Shown here: positions 17,774-29,585 of the stretch, in pieces
How the letters are laid out: the number at the start of each line of letters is the position of its first letter
How positions within the stretch are numbered: the stretch's first letter is position 1
DNA from: an uncultured Actinomycetes bacterium
GTDB lineage: Bacteria; Actinomycetota; UBA4738; HRBIN12
DNA length: 64,000 nucleotides
Assembly (NCBI GenBank): GCA_963734275.1
Contig: CAVTGO010000006.1
Span: 97,503 to 161,502 of the forward strand
Direction of reading: 5' to 3'
The notes under the pieces: model-generated
Databases searched by the model: none
What the model saw: only the letters and a program-made list of their open reading frames with translations
Told to the model about the DNA's origin: nothing
Position numbers and translations under genes: made by a program

Positions 17774-18514
17774 CTACGTCTTCGGGAACAGCGAGTAGGC
17801 GGCGCGCGGGACGCGCTCGAGGACCTCGCCGACGAGCCCAAGGACGTACTCGGGTTCACGATCCTCGAACGCCAGCGTGTCCACGTTCACGTGGCAGAGC
17901 AGCCAGCCGCCCGCGCACTCGATGCCCCATGCGTTCGAGCGCCCCATCAGCCAGTCCATGAGCCGTTGGTCCACGAACGCGGTCGCCATGTACGGGTCGC
18001 GCGCGTAGACCGCGAAGCGTCGGTTGAAGCCGCCGAGCTCCAGCTCGACCCGGGACACGTTCGCCCGCTTCAGCGTGTCCGTGTCCAGCTCGAGCCCGCC
18101 CACCGAGAGCGGGGGCCAGTCGGCGTCCACCGCGACCATCGCGCATGTGAACTCCTGCGAGTCCTCCCCGCCGTGGAGGAACCGGTAAACGCGCACGTGG
18201 CGCCCCTGCCACTCGCCGTGCAGGACGTCGCGGATCCGCGGACCGTGCGGACGCGAGAACAGCGGCATCGGGACGGTCTTCACCGTGTCGAACGGGTCCT
18301 TCCGCGCATACGTGAGCCCGACGCGCCTGGCGCGCTCCGCCCACTGCCGCTGCGCGTGGCGGCGCAGCGGCACCCATGCGATCGCCAGCGGGACGACCAG
18401 CAGGACCGCTGCGACCGGCGGCTCGGGATCGAGGATCGCGACCGCGACCGCACCGGCGAGCGGCAGCAAGATCCACGGCGTGCCGACCCACTTCTTCACG
18501 TCGAACGAGGCCAC
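17774..18514 (-). CDS. hypothetical membrane protein (two N-terminal TM helices, DUF3137-like)
   Basis: This is the last 246 codons of track ORF 17774..18886, starting at the GTG at 18512-18514: VASFDVKKWVGTPWILLPLAGAVAVAIL...VLLVVPLAIAW. The upstream 124 codons are Arg/Ser-rich and run antisense across the 5' end and upstream region of the next gene. Confidence 0.5.
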   Translation of the reverse strand: MASFDVKKWVGTPWILLPLAGAVAVAILDPEPPVAAVLLVVPLAIAWVPLRRHAQRQWAERARRVGLTYARKDPFDTVKTVPMPLFSRPHGPRIRDVLHGEWQGRHVRVYRFLHGGEDSQEFTCAMVAVDADWPPLSVGGLELDTDTLKRANVSRVELELGGFNRRFAVYARDPYMATAFVDQRLMDWLMGRSNAWGIECAGGWLLCHVNVDTLAFEDREPEYVLGLVGEVLERVPRAAYSLFPKT

Positions 18515-18638
18515 GCCGTCACTCCCCCGCGAGCCGTCGGAGGTGCATCGTGCCTCATCTCGGCCCGGCCCGCCTCGCCCGGAGACGTCGCGCGGTACGC
18601 TCCCTCCTCCCCGCCCGCCGACGAGGAGGAGGAGCATC

Positions 18639-20000
18639 GTGGAGAGCACCGTCGACCGTACGCGCCTGGCCGAGCTCATGGCACGCGAGCTCGCTCGCTT
18701 CGACGCCGAGCACCCGAGGAGCCACGACCTGTTCGAACGGAGCAAGGCGAACCTGCTCGCCGGCGTGCCGATGCCGTGGATGACCGAATGGGCCGGCTCG
18801 TTCCCGGTGTTCGTCGCCGAGGCCCAAGGGGCGCACTTCAGAGACGTCGACGGGCGCGAGTACGTGGACCTGTGCCTGGGCGACACCGGGGGGATGACGG
18901 GTCACGCGCCGAAGGAGGCGGTGGCCGCGATCGCCGAGCAGGCCGCGAAGGGCATCACGCTGATGCTCCCCACCGAGGATTCGATCTGGGTGGGCGCCGA
19001 GATGGAGCGGCGGTTCGGGCTCCCTTACTGGCAGTTCTGCCTGACGGCGACCGATGCGAACCGCTTCACGATCCGTCTCGCGCGCGCGATCACCGAGCGC
19101 CCGAAGATCCTCGTCTACAACTGGTGCTACCACGGCTCGGTGGACGAGACGATCGCCACGCTCGACGAGCAGGGCGCGACCGGCCCGAGACCCGGCAACG
19201 TCGGGCCCGCCGTGAACCCGGCCGAGACCACGCGCGTGGTCGAGTTCAACGACCTCGACGCGCTCGAGGCTGCGCTCGCGCACGGGGACGTCGCGTGCGT
19301 CCTGGCCGAGCCGGCCCTCACGAACATCGGCATCGTGCACCCCGACCCCGGCTACCACGAGGCGCTCCGCGAGATGACGCGGAACCACGGGACCTACCTC
19401 GTGATCGACGAGACCCACACCATCTGCGCCGGACCCGGCGGGGCCACGAAGGCGTGGGGGCTGGAGCCCGACTTCCTCACGATCGGCAAGCCGCTCGCGA
19501 GCGGCGTCCCGGCCGCCACCTATGGCATGAGCGCCGAGGTCGCCGAACGCTGCCAGGCCTACATGGAGACGGTTCCCGCGACCGACGTTGGCGGCGTCGG
19601 TGGGACGCTGAGCGGCAACGCGCTGTCGCTCGCGGTGATGCGCGCGACCCTCGAGCACGTCCTCACCGACGAGGCGTTCGAGCGGATGATCGCGCTCGGC
19701 GAGCGATGGGCCGACGGCGTGAAGACCTCGATCGATGCGCACGGCCTCCCGTGGGAGGTCCAGCGCCTCGGATGCCGCGCCGAGTACTGGTTCACCTCGA
19801 CGCCGCCGCGCAACGGCGGGGAGGCCGCTGCCGCGGACGACCACGAGCTCGCCCGGTACACGCACCTGTACGCGCTGAACCGCGGGGTCTTGCTCACGCC
19901 GTTCCACAACATGGCGCTGATGTCGCCCCCCACCACGGAGGAGGACGTGGACGCGCACTCGGCCGTGTTCGACGAGATGGCCACCGAACTCGTGGCGTGA
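18639..20000 (+). CDS. class III (GSA-aminomutase-like) PLP aminotransferase
   Basis: Part of track ORF 18285..20000. GTG at 18639 preceded by GGAGGAGGAG. Motifs: DLCLGDTGGMTGHAP, VIDETHT, FLTIGKPLASG. Confidence 0.85.
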   Translation: MESTVDRTRLAELMARELARFDAEHPRSHDLFERSKANLLAGVPMPWMTEWAGSFPVFVAEAQGAHFRDVDGREYVDLCLGDTGGMTGHAPKEAVAAIAEQAAKGITLMLPTEDSIWVGAEMERRFGLPYWQFCLTATDANRFTIRLARAITERPKILVYNWCYHGSVDETIATLDEQGATGPRPGNVGPAVNPAETTRVVEFNDLDALEAALAHGDVACVLAEPALTNIGIVHPDPGYHEALREMTRNHGTYLVIDETHTICAGPGGATKAWGLEPDFLTIGKPLASGVPAATYGMSAEVAERCQAYMETVPATDVGGVGGTLSGNALSLAVMRATLEHVLTDEAFERMIALGERWADGVKTSIDAHGLPWEVQRLGCRAEYWFTSTPPRNGGEAAAADDHELARYTHLYALNRGVLLTPFHNMALMSPPTTEEDVDAHSAVFDEMATELVA

Positions 20001-20356
20001 TGCGTCCCGCGATCTCGCACGTGATGATCGACTCCCGCGACCCGGGGGCGCTCGCGCCGTTCTGGTGCGAGCTGCTCGAGACCGAGGTCGAAAGCACGCT
20101 CGACGGAGGACGGTTCGTGTTCCTCGCCGCCCCGAGTGGCGGTCCGGCGATCGGGATCCAGCGCGTGCCCGAACCCAAGACGACGAAGAACCGGGTCCAC
20201 GTGGACGTCGAGGTGGACGACCTCGCCGAAACGACCCGATGGGTGCGCTCGCACGGCGGTGCTCGCCTCGCCGAACACAAGGCGGCCGGGATCCGCTGGC
20301 GCATCATGGCCGACCCGGACGGCAACGAGTTCTGTCTCGTGCCCCGCGCCGGCTGA
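20000..20356 (+). CDS. VOC/glyoxalase-family protein
   Basis: Tail of track ORF 17684..20356: MRPAISHVMIDSRDPGALAPFWCELL...VHVDVEVDDL...ADPDGNEFCL. The ATG shares its A with the upstream TGA (TGATG). Confidence 0.7.
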   Translation: MRPAISHVMIDSRDPGALAPFWCELLETEVESTLDGGRFVFLAAPSGGPAIGIQRVPEPKTTKNRVHVDVEVDDLAETTRWVRSHGGARLAEHKAAGIRWRIMADPDGNEFCLVPRAG

Positions 20357-20377
20357 ACCGACAGCGTGGCGTTCGGG

Positions 20378-21538
20378 TCAGGCCCGGCGGATCACCTGCC
20401 GGAGCTTCACGCGGCCCGGCCGCAGCAGCGCGCGGGAGTAGATCCTCGTCGCGAGCGGGATCAGCGCGGCGATCGACGCGATCGAGAACGCGACGGACAG
20501 CACGATCTGGAGAGCGCTGGCCTCGCCCAGCACGACCCGGGTCGGCATGACGAGGGGTGCGGAGAACGGCAGGAGCGAGGCGACGGCCGCGAGCGTCGAG
20601 GACGGGTCCCGCGTCGCGCCGATACCGATGAAGAACGAGACCACGATCAGGATCGTGAGCGGTGTCATCGTGGTCTGCAGGTCCTCCTGGCGCGTGACGA
20701 TCGAGCCAGCCACGGCGAACAGTCCCGCGTAGAAGAAGAACCCCAGCACGAACCAGAACAGCACGAGCCCGACCGTCGCCATCGCGCCCGTCGGGAACTC
20801 GAGCGATCCGACCGCGATGGACGTCCCGAGTCCGACCACCGCGATCACGAGCAGCTGCGCGAGCCCCAGGAACCCGATCCCGAAGATCTTGCCGCGCAGC
20901 AGCTCCGACGGACGGATCGTCGCCAGCAGCACCTCGATCACGCGGGACGACTTCTCCTCCACGACCCCCGAGGCGACCCAGTAGCCGTAGGCGAATAGCT
21001 GCCCGTACAGGGCGAGCACGCCCACGAACGCAACCGCCGCGTTCTCGCGGCCGCGGGCGTCGATCGGCTCCAGCGCGTCCACGGTCAACTGCGGTTGCGA
21101 GAGGGCGGCGTCCACCTGCTGCTCGGTCAGCCCCACCTCCTGGAGCGCCTGTCGCGCACGCTCGCGGATCGATACCGACTGGATCAGCCCGACGAGCTGC
21201 GCGGGCGGCTCGGCGCGGACCAGGACCGACCCGGCATGGATCAGCGCGGCGTCCGCGACGCCGTCCCGGACGGCCTGCTCGGCGGCGGCGACGTCCGGCA
21301 GCGTCAGCACGCGCACCTCCACGCCGAGCGCCGTGGCGGCGCTCGCGACCTCTCGGCCGACCCCGCTCGAGTCCTCGCCGACGACCGCCAGGTCGAAGCT
21401 CCTGGCCCGGCTCAGCAGCGACGTCACCACGATGAACCCCACGAGGATCACGAGCGTGATCGCCGTCGAGATGACGAATCCGCGATCGCGTGCGCGCTCG
21501 ACGAACTCGCGCCTCGCCACGATCCGCCACGCGCTCAC
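20378..21538 (-). CDS. ABC-2 type exporter permease (NatB-like)
   Basis: This is the last 386 codons of track ORF 20378..22267: one N-terminal TM helix, a large loop, then 5 C-terminal TM helices. The GTG at 21536-21538 overlaps the ATPase stop (GTGA). Confidence 0.75.
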   Translation of the reverse strand: MSAWRIVARREFVERARDRGFVISTAITLVILVGFIVVTSLLSRARSFDLAVVGEDSSGVGREVASAATALGVEVRVLTLPDVAAAEQAVRDGVADAALIHAGSVLVRAEPPAQLVGLIQSVSIRERARQALQEVGLTEQQVDAALSQPQLTVDALEPIDARGRENAAVAFVGVLALYGQLFAYGYWVASGVVEEKSSRVIEVLLATIRPSELLRGKIFGIGFLGLAQLLVIAVVGLGTSIAVGSLEFPTGAMATVGLVLFWFVLGFFFYAGLFAVAGSIVTRQEDLQTTMTPLTILIVVSFFIGIGATRDPSSTLAAVASLLPFSAPLVMPTRVVLGEASALQIVLSVAFSIASIAALIPLATRIYSRALLRPGRVKLRQVIRRA

Positions 21539-22443
21539 GTCTCGCCACCGTCGGGTTGCCCGACCGCGCGACGGAAGATCTCGGACAGGCTCGGCTGGAC
21601 GATGCTGAAATGACGCACCTGCCCGGCCGCCCGCGCGGCGTCCAGCACCTCGGCCTCGACCGCGCCCTCGTCGAGCTCGAGGATCGCGCCGTCGGACAGC
21701 CGGTCGATCACGTTGGCGCGCGGCACCCGGTCGAGCCAACCGGGAGCGGCGGCCGCGACCTCGACGCGAACCAGCCGGCGCGCGTCCGTGGACCGCAGGT
21801 CGGCGATCCGCCCCCGGGCGACGACGCGCCCCCGGTGGATCATCACCACGGACTCGCAGAGCCGCTCGACCAGCTCGAGCTGGTGACTCGAGAAGACCAC
21901 CGGGACCCCCGCCATCGCCTGATCCCGCAGCACGCCCGACAGGACGTCGACCCCGACGGGGTCCAGGCCCGAGAAGGGCTCGTCGAGCACGAGGACCTCG
22001 GGACGGTGGACCATCGAGGCCGCGAGCTGCACGCGCTGCTGGTTGCCGAGCGAGAGGGACTCGGCCCGGTCGGTCGCCCGGTCGGCGACGCCGAGCACCT
22101 CGACCATCCGCATCGCCCGGGTCGTCGCGTCCTCGCGCTCGAGCCCGTGGAGCCGCGCGAGGTACACGAGCTGGTCGAGCACCCGCATCTTCGGGTACAG
22201 GCCGCGCTCCTCGGGCATGTACCCGAACCGCCGGCGGACCTCCGCGTCGACCGGGCGGTCCTGCCACCTGACCTCGCCCGCGTCGGCGGCGAGCAGACCG
22301 AGGACGATGCGCATCGCGGTCGTCTTGCCGGCGCCGTTCGGTCCGACGAACCCCACGATCTCGCCGCCGGCGACCGAGAACGAGACATCGTCCAGCGCGA
22401 CGACGTCGCCGAACCGCCGGGACAGGCCGAGGAGCTCGAGCAC
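21535..22443 (-). CDS. ABC transporter ATP-binding protein
   Basis: Track ORF of 302 aa with Walker A GPNGAGKTT, signature LSLGNQQR and Walker B LVLDEPFSGLD. Confidence 0.9.
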   Translation of the reverse strand: MLELLGLSRRFGDVVALDDVSFSVAGGEIVGFVGPNGAGKTTAMRIVLGLLAADAGEVRWQDRPVDAEVRRRFGYMPEERGLYPKMRVLDQLVYLARLHGLEREDATTRAMRMVEVLGVADRATDRAESLSLGNQQRVQLAASMVHRPEVLVLDEPFSGLDPVGVDVLSGVLRDQAMAGVPVVFSSHQLELVERLCESVVMIHRGRVVARGRIADLRSTDARRLVRVEVAAAAPGWLDRVPRANVIDRLSDGAILELDEGAVEAEVLDAARAAGQVRHFSIVQPSLSEIFRRAVGQPDGGET

Positions 22444-22447
22444 CCCC

Positions 22448-23383
22448 CTACGCCTCGGCGTCGATCCTCAGCACCGCCTTGCCGCGCACGCGGCGCTCCA
22501 TCAGGGCGTCGATCGCACTCGCCGCGTCGGTCCACGGGACGACCATGTCGACGTCGGCACGCAGACGGCCCTCAGAGGCGAGCGCGGCCAGAGCGGCCAG
22601 CCTCGATGATCCGATGCGACCCCGGAGCAGCTCGTGCGTCACGAAGTACCCGAGCATCGTCGGCGATCCGCTGCGGTAGAAGGTTCGCGGGTCGAACGTG
22701 CTCGGGTCCCCCGAGGAGTTGCCGTAAGTCACCAGGACCCCGTCGTGGGCAAGGCGCGACACCGCCGCGGCGAGCGACGACCCTCCCACCGACTCCACGA
22801 TCAGCTCGAAGGGCTCGCCCTCGGACGGCAGGCCGACGACGACCTCGGCGGCACCGAGCTCCTCCAGTCCGGACGCGCGCTCGGGCCGCCCGACGACGGC
22901 CGTCACGCGCGCGCCGGCCATGCTCGCGAGCTGCACGGCGAATCGGCCGACGCCGCCCGCCGCTCCCGTGATCGCGACGCGCTTGCCGAGCAGCGACCCG
23001 GGGACCGCGAGGATCCCTGCGGCGGTGAGCCCGGCGACCGGCAGCGTCGACGCGACCTCGAACGACAGCTCGGATGGCAGGACCGCGAGGTGATCGGTGC
23101 GCACCGCGACGCGCTCGGCCCACGCCCCGCCGTTCACCCAGCCGACGACGCGCTCCCCGATGGCCGGCCTCGAGCCTCCCGCGGCACTCGCCGCGACGAC
23201 TCCGGCGAGGTCCCAGCCCGGCCGCCACCCGTCCACCGCGCTCCGCAGCGCCGTGCACTCGCCGCGGTTCAGCGACGAGGCGGCCACCGCGACGACGGCC
23301 TGGTTCGCCCTGGGCGACGGCTCGTCCACCTCGCGCAGCTCGATGGCGCCCGGAGCGTCCGGAGCCGCGACGAGGGCCCGCAT
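22448..23383 (-). CDS. zinc-type alcohol dehydrogenase / quinone oxidoreductase (MDR family)
   Basis: This is the last 311 codons of track ORF 22448..23578 from ATG 23383, with the nucleotide-binding motif ITGAAGGVGRFAVQLA. Confidence 0.8.
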   Translation of the reverse strand: MRALVAAPDAPGAIELREVDEPSPRANQAVVAVAASSLNRGECTALRSAVDGWRPGWDLAGVVAASAAGGSRPAIGERVVGWVNGGAWAERVAVRTDHLAVLPSELSFEVASTLPVAGLTAAGILAVPGSLLGKRVAITGAAGGVGRFAVQLASMAGARVTAVVGRPERASGLEELGAAEVVVGLPSEGEPFELIVESVGGSSLAAAVSRLAHDGVLVTYGNSSGDPSTFDPRTFYRSGSPTMLGYFVTHELLRGRIGSSRLAALAALASEGRLRADVDMVVPWTDAASAIDALMERRVRGKAVLRIDAEA

Positions 23384-25287
23384 CAGGTCACGACCTGGTG
23401 CGCCATCGAGAAGCCTCGCTTCTCCTTCTGCTCCTCGCGGATCAGGTGCACGACCGCGTTCACGAGCGCGAGATGCGTGAACGCCTGCGGGAAGTTCCCG
23501 AGGTGGCGTCCCGTAGTGGCGTCGATCTCCTCGGCGTACAGCTGAAGCGGGCTCGCGAAGGACAGGAGCTTCTCGCACAGCGCCCGGGCGCGCCGTAGCT
23601 CGCCGATCTCGACGAGGGCGGCCACCAGCCAGAAGGAGCAGATCGTGAACGTGCCCTCATCCCCCGACAGACCGTCGTCGGTCTCCTCGACCCGGTAGCG
23701 GAGCACGAGCCCGTCCACGGTGAGCTCATCCGCGATCGCGAGGATCGTCGCCCGGATCCGGTCGTCGTCTTTCGGGAGGAACCGCAGGAGCGGCATCAAC
23801 AGCAGCGACGCATCCAGCGCGGGAGCGCCGTAGTACTGCGTGAACACGCCGCGCTCGTCCAGGCCGTGGGCGCAGATGTCCGCGTGGACCTCGTCGGCGA
23901 TCGTGGCCCAGCGCTCCTGGAGCTCCGTCTCCCCCCGCCGGCGCGCGAGGCGCGCGCCGCGGTCCAAGGCCACCCAGCAGAACAGCTTCGACGAGGTGAA
24001 GTGCTTCGGCTCGCCACGGACCTCCCAGATGCCGCGGTCGGGCTCGCGCCAGTGTTCGATCGCCTCCTCGACCTGGGCGACGACGATCGGCCACACGCGT
24101 TCGGGCAGGCGGTCGCGCGACTTGGCGTGCAGGTAGATCGAGTCGAGCAGGACGCCCCACACGTCGTGCTGCTTCTGGTCGAACGCCCCGTTGCCGATCC
24201 GCACCGGCCTGGCGCCCTCGTACCCGGAGAGGTGGTCGAGCGTCGACTCCGTCAGGTCGCGCTCGCCGCCGACCCCATACATGACCTGGAGCTCCTGTCC
24301 GTCCTCGCACCGGTCTGCGACGAACTCGAAGAACCCGTCGGCCTCTCGATCGAACCCCAGGGTGTAGAGCCCCCACAACGCGAACGTGGAGTCGCGGATC
24401 CACGAGTACCGGTAGTCCCAGTTGCGTTCGCCGCCCGGCGTCTCGGGCAGCGACGTGGTGGCCGCCGCCATCAGCGCCCCGGTCGGCGCATACGTCAGGC
24501 CCTTCAGGGTAAGAGCGCTCCGCTGGAGGTGGATCCGCCACGGATGGTCGGGGAACTCGCCGTGGTTCAGCCACTCGCGCCAGTACTCCTGGGTGCGCCA
24601 CATGCGGTCGGCCGCGTCCTCGTAGGTCGCGGGAGCCTCGTGATCCGACCAGGACAGCGCCACGAACCGCTCATCCCCGTCGCGCAGGGTCGTCGACGCG
24701 TGCGCCCTGCGGCCCTCGAACCCTATCCGCAGGTCGGTGGTGAGGCGGATCGGCAGGTCGCTGCCATCGCTCCGCGCGCGGGCACGGCCGTACCCCTCGC
24801 CCTCGTACTCCCACGTCACGGCCGCGCGCCCGTAGTCGGGGGCGGGCTCGCAGTCCATCGCGAGCTCCACGTGGCCGTTCACGCAGCGGATCGTCCGGAG
24901 CAGGATGTGCTCGGCCTCGTGGTCGCCGGGAGGCCGCTGGTACGCGACCGCGCGCGTGGTGTCGTCGTACCAGGGCCCGACGAGGAGCGCGTCGCGGACG
25001 ATCAGCCATCCCGTCCGCGTCTGCCACGTGGTCTCCAGCACGAGCGTGCCGGGTAGGTAGCGCCGCCCGGCAGGGACGTTGACCTCGGCCGGCCCCAGGC
25101 GGAAGTGTCCGGCCGAGCGGTCGAGGTTGGCCGCGAACACGCTCGGGCTGTCGGGGCGAGGAGCACACAACCACTCGACGTTCCCGCTCGGCGCGACGAG
25201 GGCATGGACGACGCGGTCGGACAGGAACGCGTACTCGGCGATCGGCGGGAACGGACTCCCCTCTGGGTACCGCATGCCCTCGGCCAT
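23383..25287 (-). CDS. glycoside hydrolase family 15 (glucoamylase/trehalase-like)
   Basis: This is the last 634 codons of track ORF 23383..25452 from ATG 25287: AATTSLPETPGGERNWDYRYSWIRDS, WEVRGEPKHFTSSK, GNFPQAFTHLALV. Confidence 0.9.
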   Translation of the reverse strand: MAEGMRYPEGSPFPPIAEYAFLSDRVVHALVAPSGNVEWLCAPRPDSPSVFAANLDRSAGHFRLGPAEVNVPAGRRYLPGTLVLETTWQTRTGWLIVRDALLVGPWYDDTTRAVAYQRPPGDHEAEHILLRTIRCVNGHVELAMDCEPAPDYGRAAVTWEYEGEGYGRARARSDGSDLPIRLTTDLRIGFEGRRAHASTTLRDGDERFVALSWSDHEAPATYEDAADRMWRTQEYWREWLNHGEFPDHPWRIHLQRSALTLKGLTYAPTGALMAAATTSLPETPGGERNWDYRYSWIRDSTFALWGLYTLGFDREADGFFEFVADRCEDGQELQVMYGVGGERDLTESTLDHLSGYEGARPVRIGNGAFDQKQHDVWGVLLDSIYLHAKSRDRLPERVWPIVVAQVEEAIEHWREPDRGIWEVRGEPKHFTSSKLFCWVALDRGARLARRRGETELQERWATIADEVHADICAHGLDERGVFTQYYGAPALDASLLLMPLLRFLPKDDDRIRATILAIADELTVDGLVLRYRVEETDDGLSGDEGTFTICSFWLVAALVEIGELRRARALCEKLLSFASPLQLYAEEIDATTGRHLGNFPQAFTHLALVNAVVHLIREEQKEKRGFSMAHQVVT

Positions 25288-25331
25288 GGGCCGGATAGTA
25301 GCCGGAGGTCGCCGACCTCGATCCCGACGCT

Positions 25332-25799
25332 CTACGGGGTGACCGGTGTCCGGTGGTCCGGGTGGCTCTCCGGATCGAGGACCCAATGTTCCGACGCGGT
25401 TGCCCGAAAGAGGCGATAGGGCGCAGGCGGCTCGACGTCCTCCCGCTTCCACGGACGCGCTCCGTGCGACATCGACCGACGAGCGTAGACCTCGATGCCA
25501 TGGTCGACGTCACCTCCCGTCAGCTCCCCGGCCACGGCCGCCATGTACACGGCCTGTCCGGTACCGATGGGGGCCCGAGAGTCGAACACCACGATGCTCA
25601 GCTGGGGGCGGGTCGCGAGGTTGCGCGAGTGCGCCGCCTCGGGAGACGAGACCCAGTAGAACTCCGCGTATCCGGCCGACGCGAAGTACACGGGCGATAC
25701 CCACGGTCGCCCGGATGCATCGGCGGTTCCGAGCGTCATGTACAGGTTGGAGTCGAGGATGCCTCTCGCTACGGCTCCGAGATCCTCCTGGAGATCCAT
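25332..25799 (-). CDS. pyridoxamine 5'-phosphate oxidase-family (split-barrel flavin/F420-binding) protein
   Basis: Track ORF of 155 aa: NLYMTLGTADASGRPWVSPVYF. The size is typical of the family. Confidence 0.65.
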   Translation of the reverse strand: MDLQEDLGAVARGILDSNLYMTLGTADASGRPWVSPVYFASAGYAEFYWVSSPEAAHSRNLATRPQLSIVVFDSRAPIGTGQAVYMAAVAGELTGGDVDHGIEVYARRSMSHGARPWKREDVEPPAPYRLFRATASEHWVLDPESHPDHRTPVTP

Positions 25800-25801
25800 G
25801 C

Positions 25802-26395
25802 TCAGTCCGACACCCCGACGATGTGCTCGATCCAGTCCGTTCGCTCGAGCGCGTCGAGCACGAACGTCGCGTAGTCGGCCGTGGTGATCGTGCGCCCGGG
25901 CGCCCGCGCGTCCAGCTCGAACCGGTAGGAGCCGACCTGTGGCTCGTCGACGACCCGAGGCGCGGCGCCGATCGTCCAGTCGAGCTCGCTCGCGCGCAGG
26001 GTGTCGCGGTTCCGGCGGTGTTCGCGTGCGTGCGCCGCGAACTCCCCGGCGACCGGGTCGTCGCCGAAGATGTCGTTGTTCGCGGTCACGACGATCCGCC
26101 GCAGGCCCGAGCGCTGCACGGCCTCGACGATCGTGCGCGTCGCCTCGGAGTGCTGCGGCTCGTCCTCGGCGCTGGCGAGCGAGAGGACCGAGACCACGGC
26201 ATCCCGCCCGGCCACCGCCGCCTCGACGCTCGCCGGATCCCGCGCGTCGGCCTCCGCGAGCTCGAGCCGATCGTCGGACACGGTGAGCGTCGCGGCGTCC
26301 CGAACGAACGCGAGCACCTCGTGCCCCCGCGACAGACCCTGGTCGATCACGTGGCGCCCCGTGCGGCCCGACGCGCCGAACACCGTGATCCGCAT
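25802..26395 (-). CDS. NAD(P)H-binding atypical SDR (NmrA/BVR-B-like)
   Basis: Track ORF of 197 aa: MRITVFGASGRTGRHV. Confidence 0.75.
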   Translation of the reverse strand: MRITVFGASGRTGRHVIDQGLSRGHEVLAFVRDAATLTVSDDRLELAEADARDPASVEAAVAGRDAVVSVLSLASAEDEPQHSEATRTIVEAVQRSGLRRIVVTANNDIFGDDPVAGEFAAHAREHRRNRDTLRASELDWTIGAAPRVVDEPQVGSYRFELDARAPGRTITTADYATFVLDALERTDWIEHIVGVSD

Positions 26396-26404
26396 CCCGC
26401 GAGC

Positions 26405-28789
<2,385 letters not shown>

Positions 28790-28904
28790 CTGTTGGGGTA
28801 ACGCCTCTCTCAGGCACGCTATTCCGGTTCGGTAAGCATGATTACAGCGGGCCGAGCCGGCTCCGCGGGTTCCCGCAGCCCGGCGCCCGGCCTAAGGTGA
28901 CGAG

Positions 28905-29579
28905 GTGTTCGAGCGCTTCACCGACAAGGCCCGCAGGGCGGTCGTCCTGGCGCAGGAGGAGGCTAGGACGCTCGACCACAACTACATCGGGACCGAGCAC
29001 CTCCTGCTCGGCCTCCTCCGAGAGGAGGACGGGGTCGCGGCCAGGGCGCTCGGATCGCTCGGCGTGTCGCTCGAGGCCGTCCGGCGCGACGTCGAGGCGA
29101 TCATCGGTCGAGGCGAGGCGGTGCCGAAGGGCCACATCCCCTTCACGCCGCGAGCCAAGAAGGTCCTGGAACTCGCACTGCGCGAGGCGCTCCAGCTCGG
29201 CCACAACTACATCGGCACCGAGCACATCCTGCTGGGTCTCGTCCGCGAGGGCGAGGGCGTCGCGGCCCAGGTCCTCCAGAAGCTCGGCGCGGATCTGAAC
29301 CGGGTGCGCCAGACCGTGGTCCAGCTCCTGTCGGGCTACGCGGGCACCGAGGCTGCGTCGGGCGGCTGGTCGGTCGAGCATGAGGTGGAGAAGGAACTCG
29401 ACGCTCCGCTGCGTGCGGCCGTGACCACCGAGGACTTCCCGACGTGCGTGGCTTGCGGCGCTGCGCTCTCGGAGACGCTCGCCGTGCGAGCGATCGAGGT
29501 GACCGTCGACGAGGCTGTCGCGGTCATCAAGGTCGCGTATTGCGGACGCTGCGGCGGAGCGCTCGGGACCGTGCCGTAG
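28905..29579 (+). CDS. ClpC1 N-terminal-domain-only protein (two Clp_N repeats) with C-terminal Cys4 zinc-ribbon-like tail
   Basis: Track ORF of 224 aa. Residues 1-145 are almost collinear with the remembered ClpC1 N-domain (MFERFTDKARRAVVLAQEEAR...HNYIGTEHLLLGL...PFTPRAKKVLELALREALQLGHNYIGTEHILLGL). It then diverges, with CVACG...CGRCG and no AAA+ module. Confidence 0.8.
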   Translation: MFERFTDKARRAVVLAQEEARTLDHNYIGTEHLLLGLLREEDGVAARALGSLGVSLEAVRRDVEAIIGRGEAVPKGHIPFTPRAKKVLELALREALQLGHNYIGTEHILLGLVREGEGVAAQVLQKLGADLNRVRQTVVQLLSGYAGTEAASGGWSVEHEVEKELDAPLRAAVTTEDFPTCVACGAALSETLAVRAIEVTVDEAVAVIKVAYCGRCGGALGTVP

Positions 29580-29585
29580 CGGCGA

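Noticed and set aside
17774-18886. The full 370-aa version of the membrane-protein ORF.
   Set aside because: The N-terminal 124 residues are Ser/Arg-rich. They overlap the SD/GTG, the 5' end and the upstream region of the divergent aminotransferase gene. The GTG at 18514, just before the first TM helix, is the more plausible start.
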